From contig NC_087438.1 in assembly GCF_036321535.1 (NCBI RefSeq), positions 8,372,001 through 8,436,000 on the forward strand: a stretch of DNA of 64,000 bases. Direction: 5' to 3'. Within the stretch, counting starts at the first letter, position 1. Every line of letters begins with the position of its first letter. The DNA is from Camelus dromedarius (Eukaryota). The notes under the pieces are model-generated. The model did no database searches and was not told where the DNA came from. It saw only the letters and a program-made list of their open reading frames with translations. A program made the translations under genes and the position numbers. This document shows positions 13,044 to 25,278 of this stretch, piece after piece.

Positions 13044-13656
13044 CCTTTTGGCTGGAACTGCCATCTTCCAGAAAGTCTCCAAAATGTCCAACACAAAGGG
13101 AAAAAGGAGAGGTACCCACTATATGTTCCCTAGGCCTTTGAGAAAACATGGAATTGTTCCTTTGGCGATCTGCAAGAAAGCTGATACTGTAGACATCAAG
13201 AGAATGGGCATTGTTCAGAAGGTATTGCCCCCCAATGTTACCATGGCAACACTGGAGGAGTCTACATTGGTACCCAGTATGCTGTTGGCACTGTTGTAAA
13301 CAAACAAAGGTAAGATTCTTGCCAAGAGAATTAATGTGAGTACTGAGCACATTAAGCACTCTAAGAGCTGAGACAGCTTCCTGAAACATGTGACCAGAAA
13401 AAGAAGTAAGACAAAGGTACTTGGGTTCAACTGAAGCACGAGTCTGCTCCACCCAGAGAAGCCCACTTCGTGAGAACCAACGGGAGGAGCCTGAGCTGGT
13501 GGAAGCCATTCCCTACAAATTCATGGCGTGATAGGCACAAAGAAAATAAAGGACCTGGACTGTACAAATGTTTCTCCTGATTGACTGGAAATGTGATGTC
13601 CCCTCCCTCAAAGAAACATTTAAAGCAAATTTTAATTGTGTCCTTAAGAAAAAAAA
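13044..13656 (+). pseudogene. RPL21: Processed pseudogene of 60S ribosomal protein L21 (eL21)
   Basis: 5'TOP-like start ccttttggctggaactgccatcttccag. ATG at 13084 reads [28 protein letters not shown]; later blocks read KILAKRINVSTEHIKHSKS and [14 protein letters not shown] (stop 13529-13531). Intronless, with frameshifts, small deletions and an in-frame TGA. Short A tail. Degenerate TSD aaaagtgaatcaaaa (13029-13043) / aaaaatgaattacaa (13652-13666). Confidence 0.96.
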
Positions 13657-13852
13657 TGAATTACAAGAGAAAGACTACGGAAAACTTTTGGGACTACTCA
13701 ACCAACTTATTGAACTTGTATTCTTGTTTTTAAGAATGTATGATAATTAATAACAAAAAAATCTACCCCTGGATGAATCCAAGAGCTTTTCCAATAGGAA
13801 TAAACAAAATGTTAAGTTACAAAAAAGCTTTATGTCCCAGTTTTTGCACCCT

Positions 13853-14000
13853 AATTTTCTTTCTCTTTCTCTGTCTCTCTTCCTTCCTTCCCTCCCCCAC
13901 CCCTCCCTCCCTCTCTGCCTCCCCCTTTCCCTTCTTTTACTCTGCTGTTTCTTTTTCCTTCCTTCTTTTTCTTCCTTTCATCCCCTTTTCCTTGCTCTCT
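13853..14000. repeat. Polypyrimidine (CT-rich) low-complexity tract
   Basis: About 150 nt composed almost exclusively of C/T on the + strand. Confidence 0.9.
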
Positions 14001-16784
14001 TAGTAGTATATAAAATAATGGTGCATCTTAACTTTAAAGTGTCTCAGATGTTAGGAAATTTGGCAATACTTTAATAATGCTAGAGATCTGACAATTAGTC
14101 ACGCAATTAGTGACAATGAATTTAAGGACTGATAATACAAAAAGCAATTTTCTGATTAATATGTGTTTTTACAAGTACATTTTAAATGGCACACTCACCA
14201 AAATCTATTTAAAAGTATTTTTGATAACCCTATTGAACATAAAATTCAAGCATTCATGAACGTGATGCTTTACATTTTAAATGCCATGCATACCTAGGTT
14301 GCTTTTTATCAGCTCTGCGACTTTTGCCACACAGATGTTTACAACATTTAAAGTAGATGAAAATCTTCTCAAAATCATCATCCCAGAGAATGTGGTTTAA
14401 TTTTATTTTTAAGTCCAATTTTTCTTTTTCACAGAATTACTGCATTCAGCTTTTTATTTGCTAGTTAACATGACAAACGTATTCTAAATGTCTACATCCA
14501 CAAGTTAGAGTAAACATTCTCTTCAAGTTTTATGAAGAAGGTGAAACTGGTGTTACGTCTTTTTCACCAAATGAGAAAAACACATATTTCCTGAAAACAT
14601 CCTGTATGTGTATGTGTGAGTGTTCATAGTGACACACGTCTTCACTGCATGAGCTTCGCTCAACAAACCTTCCAGATAACAAAGAATATAATCACTGCAA
14701 GCAGAGGTCAAGAGCAAGAGCAAAAAGAAGAAAGAAAGAAACAGGCTTTAAGCAGAGACTGGCGGAACATCAGGCGCTTCGCAGCAGCTCGATGATGGCG
14801 GTGCACTCGGGTCAGTCTGCTGTCCTAGCGTGGATCAGAGGGAGTCAAGTCAAGTTACCCACAACCAGCAAATAAACAGCACCCATTACTGCAAAGCTCT
14901 TGCTTCCTGTCTCCCGATGCTCTTCTGAACTGCTGTGTTCAGGGGGAAACTCACTAAACCGAAAAAAACCTGACATCCCTCATCTTTGTCAAGGCCCTAA
15001 AAACATTACAGTCAACGTCTTGAAGCCACTCAAGCCCTCTGGCTCTGCGCACTCGGCTCTCCGCAAATGGCGGCTGCTTGCTGATGGGAGCAAGTGACAA
15101 ATGAGTGCATTAAAAATTTACACGGCGCTGTATGAATACGTTTCCTGGCAATTAGCATTATTGGCTGTTAAAGTGTGTTTTGGCAAGAGGTACGGAACTT
15201 AAAATTTTCTAAATTGTGTAAGTTCTGCATAATAAAACCAAGTCACGGTTTCATTTAATTTACAGAAAATAAGTGAAAAGAATTTAGAGAGTAAATATTA
15301 TCATTAAGTGTTGAGCCTAACTAGACAGCATCGAAGTATCATTTCACATTTTCATAAAAGTTTAAAAAACTCATCTTGGTAGATTGTGCACGATTGGTAG
15401 GCCATTTCTTTGCAAACATTCTTAATATAGTACACGCTCTTAGAATGGATCATTAATTCCTGCAGAAGAATACGCTTAGAAGTGGAACCTAGAGATCCAG
15501 GCGGAATTCGTGCATGAAGCTAGCACATTACAGCATCCCAGTCTTAGTAGGTCCACTAAGGCAAGAGCACCAGCCCGCAAGCGGCCCTACAGCTACAGCC
15601 GGAACAGGGAACGTGGGAATGAGGCCTCGGGATGCCTGGCGGCGGACTCTCTCTGCGCAGGTGCAACGGACCCTCTAAAATATCAAGCTTAGGACATGTG
15701 ACGCCCAAACACAGCTGTGATCGAGGCCATCACTTCCTGAATTGAGCGTGATGTTTTCGTGCTTTTTCATCCTTCTCTCTCTCTCTCTCTCGGATGTTTG
15801 TTTCTTCTCACTGTCACTCTGAAATAGCGGCTGCCTGACTCCATCAGTTTGACTCTGCGCTGCCGTTTCCTCTCTCATCCTAGGGTTCAGTCTCACTAGA
15901 ATCGAACTAAATTGTTCAGCTCCGTAAGTGCATCATATTCTGTTTTCTTTGGGGGCTTTTTCACATGTCCCTCTCTTGCCAGAAACACTGCTCTTGCAGA
16001 TATTAGCTTGAGTCATATGTAATTGCCATTTCTGTAGGTCAAAAATAGTGGAATCTCAGCAATACTGTAAGGTTGTAAGGTTCACTCTAATATTCTTCCT
16101 TCAAGTCTCAATTTAATCATCCTTCCCTCCAGGGCATTTCCCTAGTCTTCTTCTTTTAACCTTATAGAGCATTATGTACATGTCTAAATTTTTGTAATTC
16201 TTTATTCAGTTGTTTGGCTGGAGCATTAACTGTGTGATTCTTGAAGTCATAAGCCATATTTTATTGGACATCATTGTTATCCTTAATGCCTAGGAATGTT
16301 TTATTGAGTGCAGTAGGTAATACTTTCGTTTTTGTAAAATAAATGTTGAGGATTAAATGCTATTAAGAGCTTCATTCAGTGAACAAGATCATTCAAAGTA
16401 AAAATAGCCTTGAAGATCAAGCCAGTATCTTCTTAGATTCAAAAACACTCAGCCCCCGAAGTCTAGTTCAATCATTTCTTCTTGAATGAACAGCTGTATT
16501 ATCTGCCTTTGGCAGTTACATTTCTGTTTGCTGAGATATCACTGACACAAATAACTGTGAGCAACAATAATCTCTGGGAGCTGCTACAGGAATGCACACA
16601 CCTATATCCAGCATAATTCCCAGAAAAAAACATCTGAAATGGGCTTGGAACACTGGTAGTATTTAAATGGAAGAAAATAAATTGGAAAGAATGTTAAAAG
16701 TCAGAAAAGAGGGAGTTCAGAGGCATTTTTTCTCATTCCTTTGTTTTTTCCAGGTCAGACTGGATTTCTTAAAGTAGTTATTCA

Positions 16785-17555
16785 TCTTTTTGAAAATGGA
16801 GATAAATTTGCCTAAAGTGAAATGCACAGATCTTAAGTTACTAAATACACACAACCAGGTAATTCACACTTGAGTCAAGAGACAGGACATTTCCATCACA
16901 TCTAAAAGTAGCCTCAGGCCCCTTTTACTCATGCCTCAATCACTGTCTGGTATCTGTCACCACAGACAAGTTTTGCTTGTTCTTCTTTTTTTTTTTTTTA
17001 ATGATCAGTTTATTTCCTCAAGGTTTTTAATTAATTAATTTTTTTTTTTAAATGGAGGTACTGGGGATTGAACCAAGACCTCATGCATGCTAAGCATGTG
17101 CTTTACCACTGAGCTACACCCTCCCCACTAGTTTTGCTTGTTCTTGAACTTTATATAAATGGAATCATAAATAAATTGTATTCTGGCTCTTTTACCAAGC
17201 AAAATGATTTTTGGAGATTCACCCATGTTGTATGTTTCAGCAGCACATACAGATATTTTTATTGATGAGTGATATTCCATTCTATGGTTCTAGCACTATG
17301 TGCTTATCATTACAGTCATTTTGTTGTCTTCAGCTTGGGGCTACTATTATAAAGCTACTATGACAGTCTGGTACAAATCTCTTTTTAGATATATGTTCCT
17401 GTTTCTTTTGGATAAATTTCTAGAAGTAGAATTGCTGGGTCATGTGGTAGATATATGGTTAAGTGTATAACGAACTACCACAATTTTCTCTAAAATGGTA
17501 ATACCCCTTTATACTCCCACTAGTAATACATGAAAAGTCCAGTTGCTGCATTAAC
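16785..17555 (-). mobile_element. Old L1M (L1MB/L1MC-type) 3' fragment
   Basis: 'aaagtgaaatgcacagatcttaag', 'ttcttgaactttatataaatggaatcata', 'gagattcacccatgttg' and 'ctagaagtagaattgctgggtcat'. Interrupted by a SINE. Confidence 0.85.
16985..17129 (-). mobile_element. tRNA-Ala-derived camelid SINE (vic-1 type)
   Basis: The reverse strand reads GGGGAGGGTGTAGCTCAGTGGTAAAGCACATGCTTAGCATGCATGAGGTCTTGGTTCAATCCCCAGTACCTCCA followed by an A-rich tail. 16-bp TSD agttttgcttgttctt at 16969-16984 and 17130-17145. Confidence 0.93.
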
Positions 17556-17682
17556 CATGTTATAAGGGAATATTTTTGCAATCTAGACATAGGGAAGAAT
17601 ATTTTAGAGAGAATAGGAAAGCTCTAAATATAAATTTTTTGAAACTCAATTTACATTTCATTAAATTTTAAAAATCTGCATG

Positions 17683-18145
17683 CAGGAAACCTTGAAGACA
17701 CTGTGAGTTCTGTCCAGACCACTGCAGTAAAGCAAACATCACAACAAAGTGAGTCATATAAATTTGGTTTCCCAAGTGCTTATAAAACTTACGTTTACAC
17801 TATACTGTAGTGCGTTGAGTGTGAATAGCATTATGTCTAAAAACTGTACATTTCATAATTAAAAACACTTCATCAATAAAAATGCTAACCATCATCTGAA
17901 TCTTAGCGAGTCACAATCTTCTTGCAAGGGCAACAGATCACCATAAAAAATATAATGATGAAAAAGTTTGAAATAGCACAAAAATTACCAAAATGTGACA
18001 CAAAGACAGGAAGGGCATAGATGCTGTTGGAAAAGTAGCACCAACAGACTTGCTTCAGGCAGGGGCGCCACAAACTTCAATTTGTAAAAAACGCAGTCTC
18101 TGCGAAGCACAGTAAAAAGAAGTGCAATAAAACCAGTTGTGTCTG
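17683..18145 (-). mobile_element. Internally deleted Tigger1 derivative (~460 bp)
   Basis: Both Tigger1 ends are present ('caggaaaccttgaagacactgtgagttctgtccagaccactgcagtaaagc' and 'cttcaatttgtaaaaaacgcagtctctgcgaagcacagtaaa...gtctg|ta') with no transposase between them. Confidence 0.85.
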
Positions 18146-18443
18146 TAAACTTTTTCAAAATATTTTCAAAATATCTGTGACTTTATTATATTTCAAGTGC
18201 AACTCTTGTAGACATCATATTTGAGTCTGTTTCTATGCACTGTTACAATTTCTACCCTTAAAAAGGAATGTTTAGTCCATTTATATTTAATGTAATTTTT
18301 AATAAAGGTTGGATTTAATCTACTGTACTTTTCTATTTGTTAATGGTTCATTGTGGGTTATGTTGTTCCCTGTAAAGTATGTTAACTTTTTCTCTAACAG
18401 ATAGTTGAATTACAAGTGGACCATCTTGAGCCTCTCAGTATGG

Positions 18444-19245
18444 TGTAACAGGAAATATAAACTTGTTTTTCATCTCAGGTTCTTGGCACAGAGCTCCTAA
18501 ATAAAACCCTTGGAGCTTCCTGAGTAATAAGGTGATAGGTGTGCCTTTTTTTCTAATGAGGCAATCCTTGGCCAGCTCCTAGATAACTTCAGGATGGGGA
18601 CTGGTTGTCAGAGAGACAAAGACTTGATTAGAAGCTTGGAATTTTAGCCCCAGCCCCCAACCTTGGGGTGGGGGGAGGGGGCCAGGTATGGAGAGGTGCT
18701 GGAGATTGAGTTCATAAGCAACAGTAGCCATTGATTGACTCAATCATGCCTCTGTAATGAAACCTCCATAAACACCCTCAAACCCCTAAATATCGGGGTT
18801 CAGAGAGCTCCCGGGTTGGTGAACTCACTGGTGGTGGGAGGATGGGGCACCCAGAGAGGGCAGGGAAACTCTGTACCTCTCCCCGCAAGATGTACCTTGT
18901 CCTGTGCATCTTTTCCCTTTGGCTGTTCCGGAGCTGTATCCTCCACAATAAATGAGTAACAGTACATGAAGTGTTTCCCTGATTTCTGTGATTTGTTCTA
19001 GCAAATTATTAGACCCGAGGAAAGGGTTATAGAAACCCTCAGTTTATAGCTGGTTGGCCAGAAGCCCAGGTGGCCCCTGGGACTTGTAACGGGCATCTGA
19101 ACCGAGGACAGTCTTGCAGGACTGGGGCCTTAACTGTGAGATCCATGCTAACTCTGGGGACCTCACATTAGAATTGAGTTGTTGAACACCCAGTTGGTAC
19201 CCCGAGAATCAGAAAACTAGTTTGCTGGGGTTAGAAAACATCACA
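18444..19245 (+). mobile_element. MER21-family solo LTR
   Basis: TG...CA ends, with 'ggttcttggcacagagctcctaa..aacccttgg', 'caatcatgcctctgtaatgaaacctccataaa', AATAAA at ~18947 and 'ttctagcaaattatt'. Confidence 0.85.
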
Positions 19246-19527
19246 GCATCGGAACTGGTTTTTTGCCTTAATGGAGTCAGTATATTCTGTTTTTCTCCTT
19301 AGTACCAGGACATCACTTTGACCCTCAGTGATGGTTCTTGCAAAATGTGGCTTTTCTGGGGGCTCAGTTGAACGTCCACTGTGCTCAGCAAGGCTATTTC
19401 ATTCTGAATGGACCAGAACTCCAGCACCACTCAGCACCACATGGCCTCTGGCACCTCCGTTCAACTCTTCCTTCCACAGCAGCCGTTCTACCCGAAGCCT
19501 CTGGGAGTCTCACCCTGGACATGGGTA

Positions 19528-20038
19528 CTCTGCCCTCGGCCAGAGACCGAGTATGAACGAAAACTACTGCAAACCATCTCAGTAAACAAAGAATGCTGAA
19601 GCCATCAAGTCATCAGCGGCTGCCGCCACCCCCCAGTGAAGACAAGCCTGCAGGCCGGCCTCTGCAGCCACTCACAATGGTGCACCCCGAGGGGACTCAG
19701 AATAAGAAAGGACAGGACACTGGCCCTAGATGGCTAGGTGCTTGTCAAAGGAATGAATTCAATGAGCCCAAATATTGGCTCCCTCCCATACATAGACAGG
19801 CACTAAATTCTTTAACTTGAGATGCCTGGTTTTCTTTAGTTAACAAGTAAGCTTTTAATGTTCCAGCTACCTGGTCTTTGTTGTAAAGCTCCTGTATATC
19901 CTAGCTCCTCCCCAACCTCTTTGGAGCAGTCCCTCAGAGCCATCTGAGAGGCTGTCATCCCGGGCTGAGTCCTCAGAATTGTCCACCGAATAAAACATAA
20001 CTCTCAACTTTTAGGATGTGCATTTATTTCAGCCGACA
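19528..20038 (+). mobile_element. ERV1 solo LTR (MER39/MER34/LTR39-like)
   Basis: 'ttggagcagtccctcagagccatctgagaggctgtc..cccgggc..gtcctcag...gaataaaacataactctcaacttttagg..tgcattt..cagccgaca' is the typical R/U5 region of this LTR group. Confidence 0.8.
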
Positions 20039-20559
20039 CGAGCGACCATCCTATGCAACTCTCACACTTTCCTCTTCTCTGCTACCCTGCTGTTCAAATC
20101 CCAGTGTTTTCAGCAGCATCAAACTCTGGTGCCTGCTCCTTTGCTCACGAAGCTCCACTTTCTCTCCTTGTGTCAGTGATGGGAAGCCACCCCGCGGCTA
20201 AAAGCTGGGACAGAGGTGAGACACCTCACATGCTTCTTTTCCCTCAAGAATCAAGTCCTGCACAACCTGTTGTCCAAAGCCTGAAGACAACTGCCTCCTA
20301 CACCTGTTCCGTGTTACAGCTGCTTATGCCACGTGCCCATCTTCGACTAATCTTTATGACCAAAGCAGAATCTCAGTCAAGTACTTGTTAAGAATATCGC
20401 TACTGTTGTAGTAATAGTATTTAAGGGCCATAATGAACACTTTCCGGTCAAGAGTAGACACTAAACGGGTTAGAACAGTGGGTACTCATACTGCAGTAAC
20501 AAAAAGATAGTTGGAATCGGATTTTGGACTTCTTCAGCTGGAATAAAGGGTACTTACTC

Positions 20560-21115
20560 CATTAGATTGGCAGAGGGGAAGCTTTGAAGAATTCTCAGCC
20601 GGTGGGCTGAGATCATGCATCCAGCTCAGTTTTAGCAGGAACAGGAAATGGGGTGAGATCTGCACGGGGAGACCAGGGAAGACGGTGCTACCTGAGGTGG
20701 TGAGGCCGTGAGGAGGATGGAGGCAGGGATGAACTGAACGCAAGGGGACTAGGAAGTGCCGTTCCCCATGGCTACTCCTGGATTATTGTGCTGCAAGAAA
20801 AGTATAAGCCAAAGCTTTCGAGCCTGCCTGAGTTGAGGGTGCAGGAAAGCACAGTCACTAGAAATAAGGAATTTGGGGAAAGTAGCTAATTTTAAGAATT
20901 CCACCATTTTGAGTTTGAAGGCTGGTAACATAGCACACATTGAAAAAGAAGATACCCAGGTAGAAATGACTAGCAGACAACTGAAAATACTGGTCTAGAG
21001 CCTCCAGACAGGGCTGAATTCCAGTATTAATTTGAGAATATTTGTATGTATTGGGAGATGACTGAGTTTACACAGGAGAGAAAATGAATCATTAGCATAA
21101 GATAGAATCTGGGGA
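20560..21115 (-). mobile_element. LINE-2 fragment
   Basis: 'agatcatgcatcc', 'ttttgagtttgaag' and 'tagcagacaactgaaaatactggtctagagc' resemble antisense L2. Confidence 0.55.
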
Positions 21116-24100
21116 AAAACTCCAAACTGGGAAAGAGAACATGGCAATACTTACATTGTTTCAATTATTCTTACTTTGAGAACTTCAGAATCTTTGCATT
21201 TAGAGTATTAATCTAGCTTGTGTGTGTGTGTCCCAAGTTGACATATAAACCTTACAACTGTTTTAGTGTTGTAATGACACAAAATTATCCAGGTGATAAG
21301 AAAGTAAAACACAGTTAAAGCACACAAATCTATGCAGGATGGATATCACTAAAAGCAAAATTGAATTTTAAAATCTGGAGAAGAAATAATAAATAGAAAA
21401 TTGTTAATTGTGGCTGAATTTCAGAAACATGTGTAATCAACTCCTGGATTAAAGAATTATTCAAGTAACAGTTAGTCACTAACCATGAAAACTTTGACCA
21501 TGACACATACAAAATAAGAAGAAAACATAAAAGTGAGTCTATTATATCTGAAAGATAAACTCTTAGGGATAGAAATACAAGTGTATGATGATTGGTCGTG
21601 TTTGTTTGGTTTTTCCTATTGAACCCAAAGAAAGCAGGTATAACAAGTTACTAGGAAATCCATAATTTAAAAAAGATACTATAATTATAATGAGTTAGAA
21701 TGAGCAGAAGTCTCTAGACTTGAAAAGAGTACTGGATAAAGGCAAAGATACTTTCTACTTTGGCACATAAACCCTGAGATGTCACTCAGAAGACATCTTA
21801 GAGATCGCTCTTTCTAGAGAAGAAAATGTGAGGTTCAGAAAGGTGAGGAGATTTTACAAAAGTATGCATGAAAAAAAAGGAAAACTGAAACTACAATTCT
21901 AACTTTTTACTGCCTCTTAAGACCCGTTAGAAACTGAGTTCCTGATTTGTGAAATAAAGGCACTGGTTCTTATGGAATCCATCACCAGAGTATTCCTCCT
22001 GAAATGCCAACTTCTTCAAGTCTTGTGACTTTCTTTAATGTGCTCTCTTCAGAGGATGATATTTCTCAAAATTAAATTTCCCAAAACATGACTAAATCAT
22101 CTCAAAATTATTTTAATACATTGTTAAAATACATAGACCAGAGAATTTTATAAAAAGGTATGTATCTAAAGTTGCTGGCAAATTTTATCTTTGCTAGGAC
22201 ATTGAGAAAGTCACTCATGTGGATACTAAAACTGGAAAGAGGGCCATTTCCTCCCTCTTTAGAAAGAAATTACTTCTTTCTGATTGGAAAGACCAAATAA
22301 GAAAGGATTTTAGATTTCTAGTTTAGAGATGCAAATGTGTAGTCTGTCTTTCCTTACTACCTTTTGGAGACAGAAACAAGTTTAGAGTAAAGAGTAGGTC
22401 CTTCTAATTTGATGTAAAAAGTAAGAAAAACAAATGAAGGCTTCTGCTTTAATTCATTCTATGAACCTAAACACGATTACTAGGCAGTTGCTCAGACAAA
22501 AGCCACCAGGGAACAGATAAAGTGGCCAAAACACTTCCAGTCGCACTCACCTGAGAAAGAAAGGACTAGAGCGTTACGTCAGGAGCAGGGCTGCATTAAG
22601 TCACTAGCTAAAGGGGGTTTTCGGAGTGTTGAAGGGACCGAATGGTTCCTAGCTATTTTCAAGATTTTCATTTTAAAGAAATGCTTCTCATCTAGGTCTT
22701 AATGAAGGTAAGACTCAAACACAGCTCTCACTGAGTCACTGCAGATGGCCTTCCTTGCATTTGGACTTTCTGGAGAAAAAGTGACCATGGCATTGTAGAA
22801 AAATATGTCTGCATAACTGATGTGAAATATAAACTTTAAATGAAAATCAGATTATTTTAATGTTCTCCACTATCCTCATGTTCTCTGTCCATAGATTGAT
22901 GTGCAATGAAAAGACAGCCAAAGTTTCCCACTAAAGATGAAATATTCAACCATGAACTTGAGTTTCCACTCCTACCTGCAACTGATATTTTAATATATAC
23001 AGCCTGTCCATGTATTCAATGGAAAATAGTCAAGTTAACTATTAAGATGCTTAGTGATTAGGATGGAGATATTCCTGGAAGAAAAGATATCTGTTTCTGG
23101 AAAATAAAATGGTTTTTTTCTTTACACTAACAGGCAGAAAAAACATTGAAGTATGATGTGCTCCTAAAACCATGAATTAGTATTATATGTGTGTATGTAG
23201 AGAATGTATGTGTTTTCAATTAACACAGGATAAAAATTCTCCTCAATTAATTACCATTCTAAAATACTATTTTCTAGTGTAGTATTTATAATTGGGAAAT
23301 CAATGAAACCAAATTTTAAACTCTCAGACATTCTTAAAACATGTGAATTCAATTCAAAGACAGAATAAATAAAGGATTATTTCTAATCAAATAATTCAGA
23401 AAGGAGTCAGAATTTGACCTAGGAAGACTAAGAAAATAATTATAAGATATTAGATAGGTAAAATTAAAATATTAAAAGATATTCTTTATTTTACCACTGT
23501 ATTCATAGCTAATAGCATTAAATAACTCTAAGCTATGTCCTTGAATTATGTTAGTTTGTGGAATTAATTTTAATGATGGTGGAAGGCATTTGACTGGCAA
23601 CATTTCAAAGCAGCATTTCCTAGTGGGCCAAGAAGGTAGAAACCATCTCAAGACCAGATGCTATTCCATCTTCAAATTCCACTAGCTGCCAACAGATCTC
23701 AAAGCTACAGAGGAGTTAATTAAAAAGATTTCATTTTAAAATTCATTCAGATCTGAATGCCTCAGCTAAGGCTGCTAATGAAAATGCTGTTCCATGCTAA
23801 AAAGAAATTGGTTGCTAACATTGATATCTTTATTCAAAATGTCACACGTCGATCAAACCATATCACTGTCAAAACAGCATTTGAAAGAAAGATCACTGCT
23901 GGGTGAAAAAAATTTGGGGGAACAATTTTAAAAAGAATTTCCAGGACTGATTGTATTAAGGAGACTTTTAAAAATTAAAATAGCTACCTTAGCTTCCTAA
24001 CATAAACTCATGAACAAATTAAAATATCACAGAAAAACATGTGCTCATTTCCTGAGTCTCAGATGGCTGAAATCATTTCCATCCAAATGATCAGCTCTAA

Positions 24101-24137
24101 TTCATCTGCCATGCTGTTTCCCCCCATGGATACTTAC

Positions 24138-24417
24138 CAAGGAAACCTGGAATTGACGACTTAGTGGTTTTCCACCCGCCACAGAATGAACTGCTCCAAT
24201 ACATCTATTTCAGGGAATGAAGTATGAAGTTGTTCTTCATTGCAGGATTAAGCATGCAATTGTAGGAAGAAGGCAAATTAATTGTGTTGTGAAGTCACTG
24301 CTTTGAAGGAAGAACCCCAGTTAAAGGAGTGGCTCCTATGAGTGGGAAATCACTGAAACGTCTGTCTTTGGTGTCACCTAGTTTTCTGCTACTCAAGGTG
24401 CTGGCCCTCTTTAAATA
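24138..24417 (-). other. Candidate promoter plus first exon of a minus-strand transcript (unconfirmed)
   Basis: TATTTAAA at 24417-24410, donor TTG|GTAAGTA after 24138, ATG at 24204 open to the donor. The context shows no recognisable repeat. Confidence 0.3.
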
Positions 24418-24700
24418 ATAAGCATGACCCTGAACTGGAAATTAATTTCCCAACCAGATTTCCACTGGATAACTAAAGTCACGCCTGAGTTTATAGGTAA
24501 TCTGTGATTGATACATAGTGTGTCTCAGTAGTGAAATTACGTAGTTCACAGATGTGGTGATGACTACAAAGGTCTGGCTGGGAGCTGAGCCTGTGAATCT
24601 CAGCTCCGCTCCTCAGTAGCTATGAGATAGTGAGCAAGATCATGTGAGTCGCGTCATGGCTGGAATTGGGATAATGACACTTACATTTAAGAGTTGTTGT

Positions 24701-24903
24701 TGGAAACAGCCTAAATGTCCATCAACAGGTGACTGGATAAAGAAGATGTGGTATATTTATACAATGGAATACAATTCAACCATAAAAAACCAACAACATA
24801 ACACCATTTGCAGCAACATGGATGTCCCTGGAGAATGTCATTCTAAGTGAAGTAAGCCAGAAAGAGAAAGAAAAATACCATATGAGATAGCTCATATGTG
24901 GAA

Positions 24904-24937
<34 letters not shown>

Positions 24938-25278
24938 AAGAACATAAATACAAAACAGAAACAGACCCATAGACATAGAATACAAATTTGTGGTTGCCAA
25001 GGGGGCTGGTGGTGGGAAGGGACAGACTGGGAGTTTGAAATTTGTGGAGACTGACAGGCATATATAGAATAGATAAACAAGATTGTACTGTGTAGCACGG
25101 GGAAATATATACAAGATCTTGTGATAGCTTGCAGTGAAAAAAATGTGACAATGAATATATGTATGTTCATGTATAACTGAAAAATTGTGCTCTACACTGG
25201 AATCTGACTATAACTCAATAAAATGAGTATAACTTTTATAGTAAAATGACTATAACTCAATAAAAAAAGGTTAAAAAA
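24701..25278 (+). mobile_element. Young 5'-truncated LINE-1 3' end inserted into a MIR
   Basis: 'tggaaacagcctaaatgtccatcaacaggtgactggataaagaagatgtggtatatttatacaatggaatac', with an internal A-run at 24907-24935. Perfect 12-bp TSD aagagttgttgt at 24689-24700 and 25279-25290. MIR halves flank it. Confidence 0.95.

Larger units (their letters stand above)
12625..14063 (+). mobile_element. Tigger13a-like TcMar/pogo DNA transposon, interrupted by the RPL21 retrocopy and a CT-rich expansion
   Basis: 5' 'gagatgcacgcttttcacattttaacgtctctgaatc', transposase-end relic 'aaaacttgaagaatgtgtc..ctggaaaga...ctgaggatg' and 3' 'cttagtagtatataaaataatggtgcatctta...ctcagat..gaaatttgg'. Confidence 0.72.

Noticed and set aside
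13027..13509. Longest ORF in the track (160 aa, - strand)
   Set aside because: It is the antisense of the RPL21 pseudogene and has no independent coding signal.
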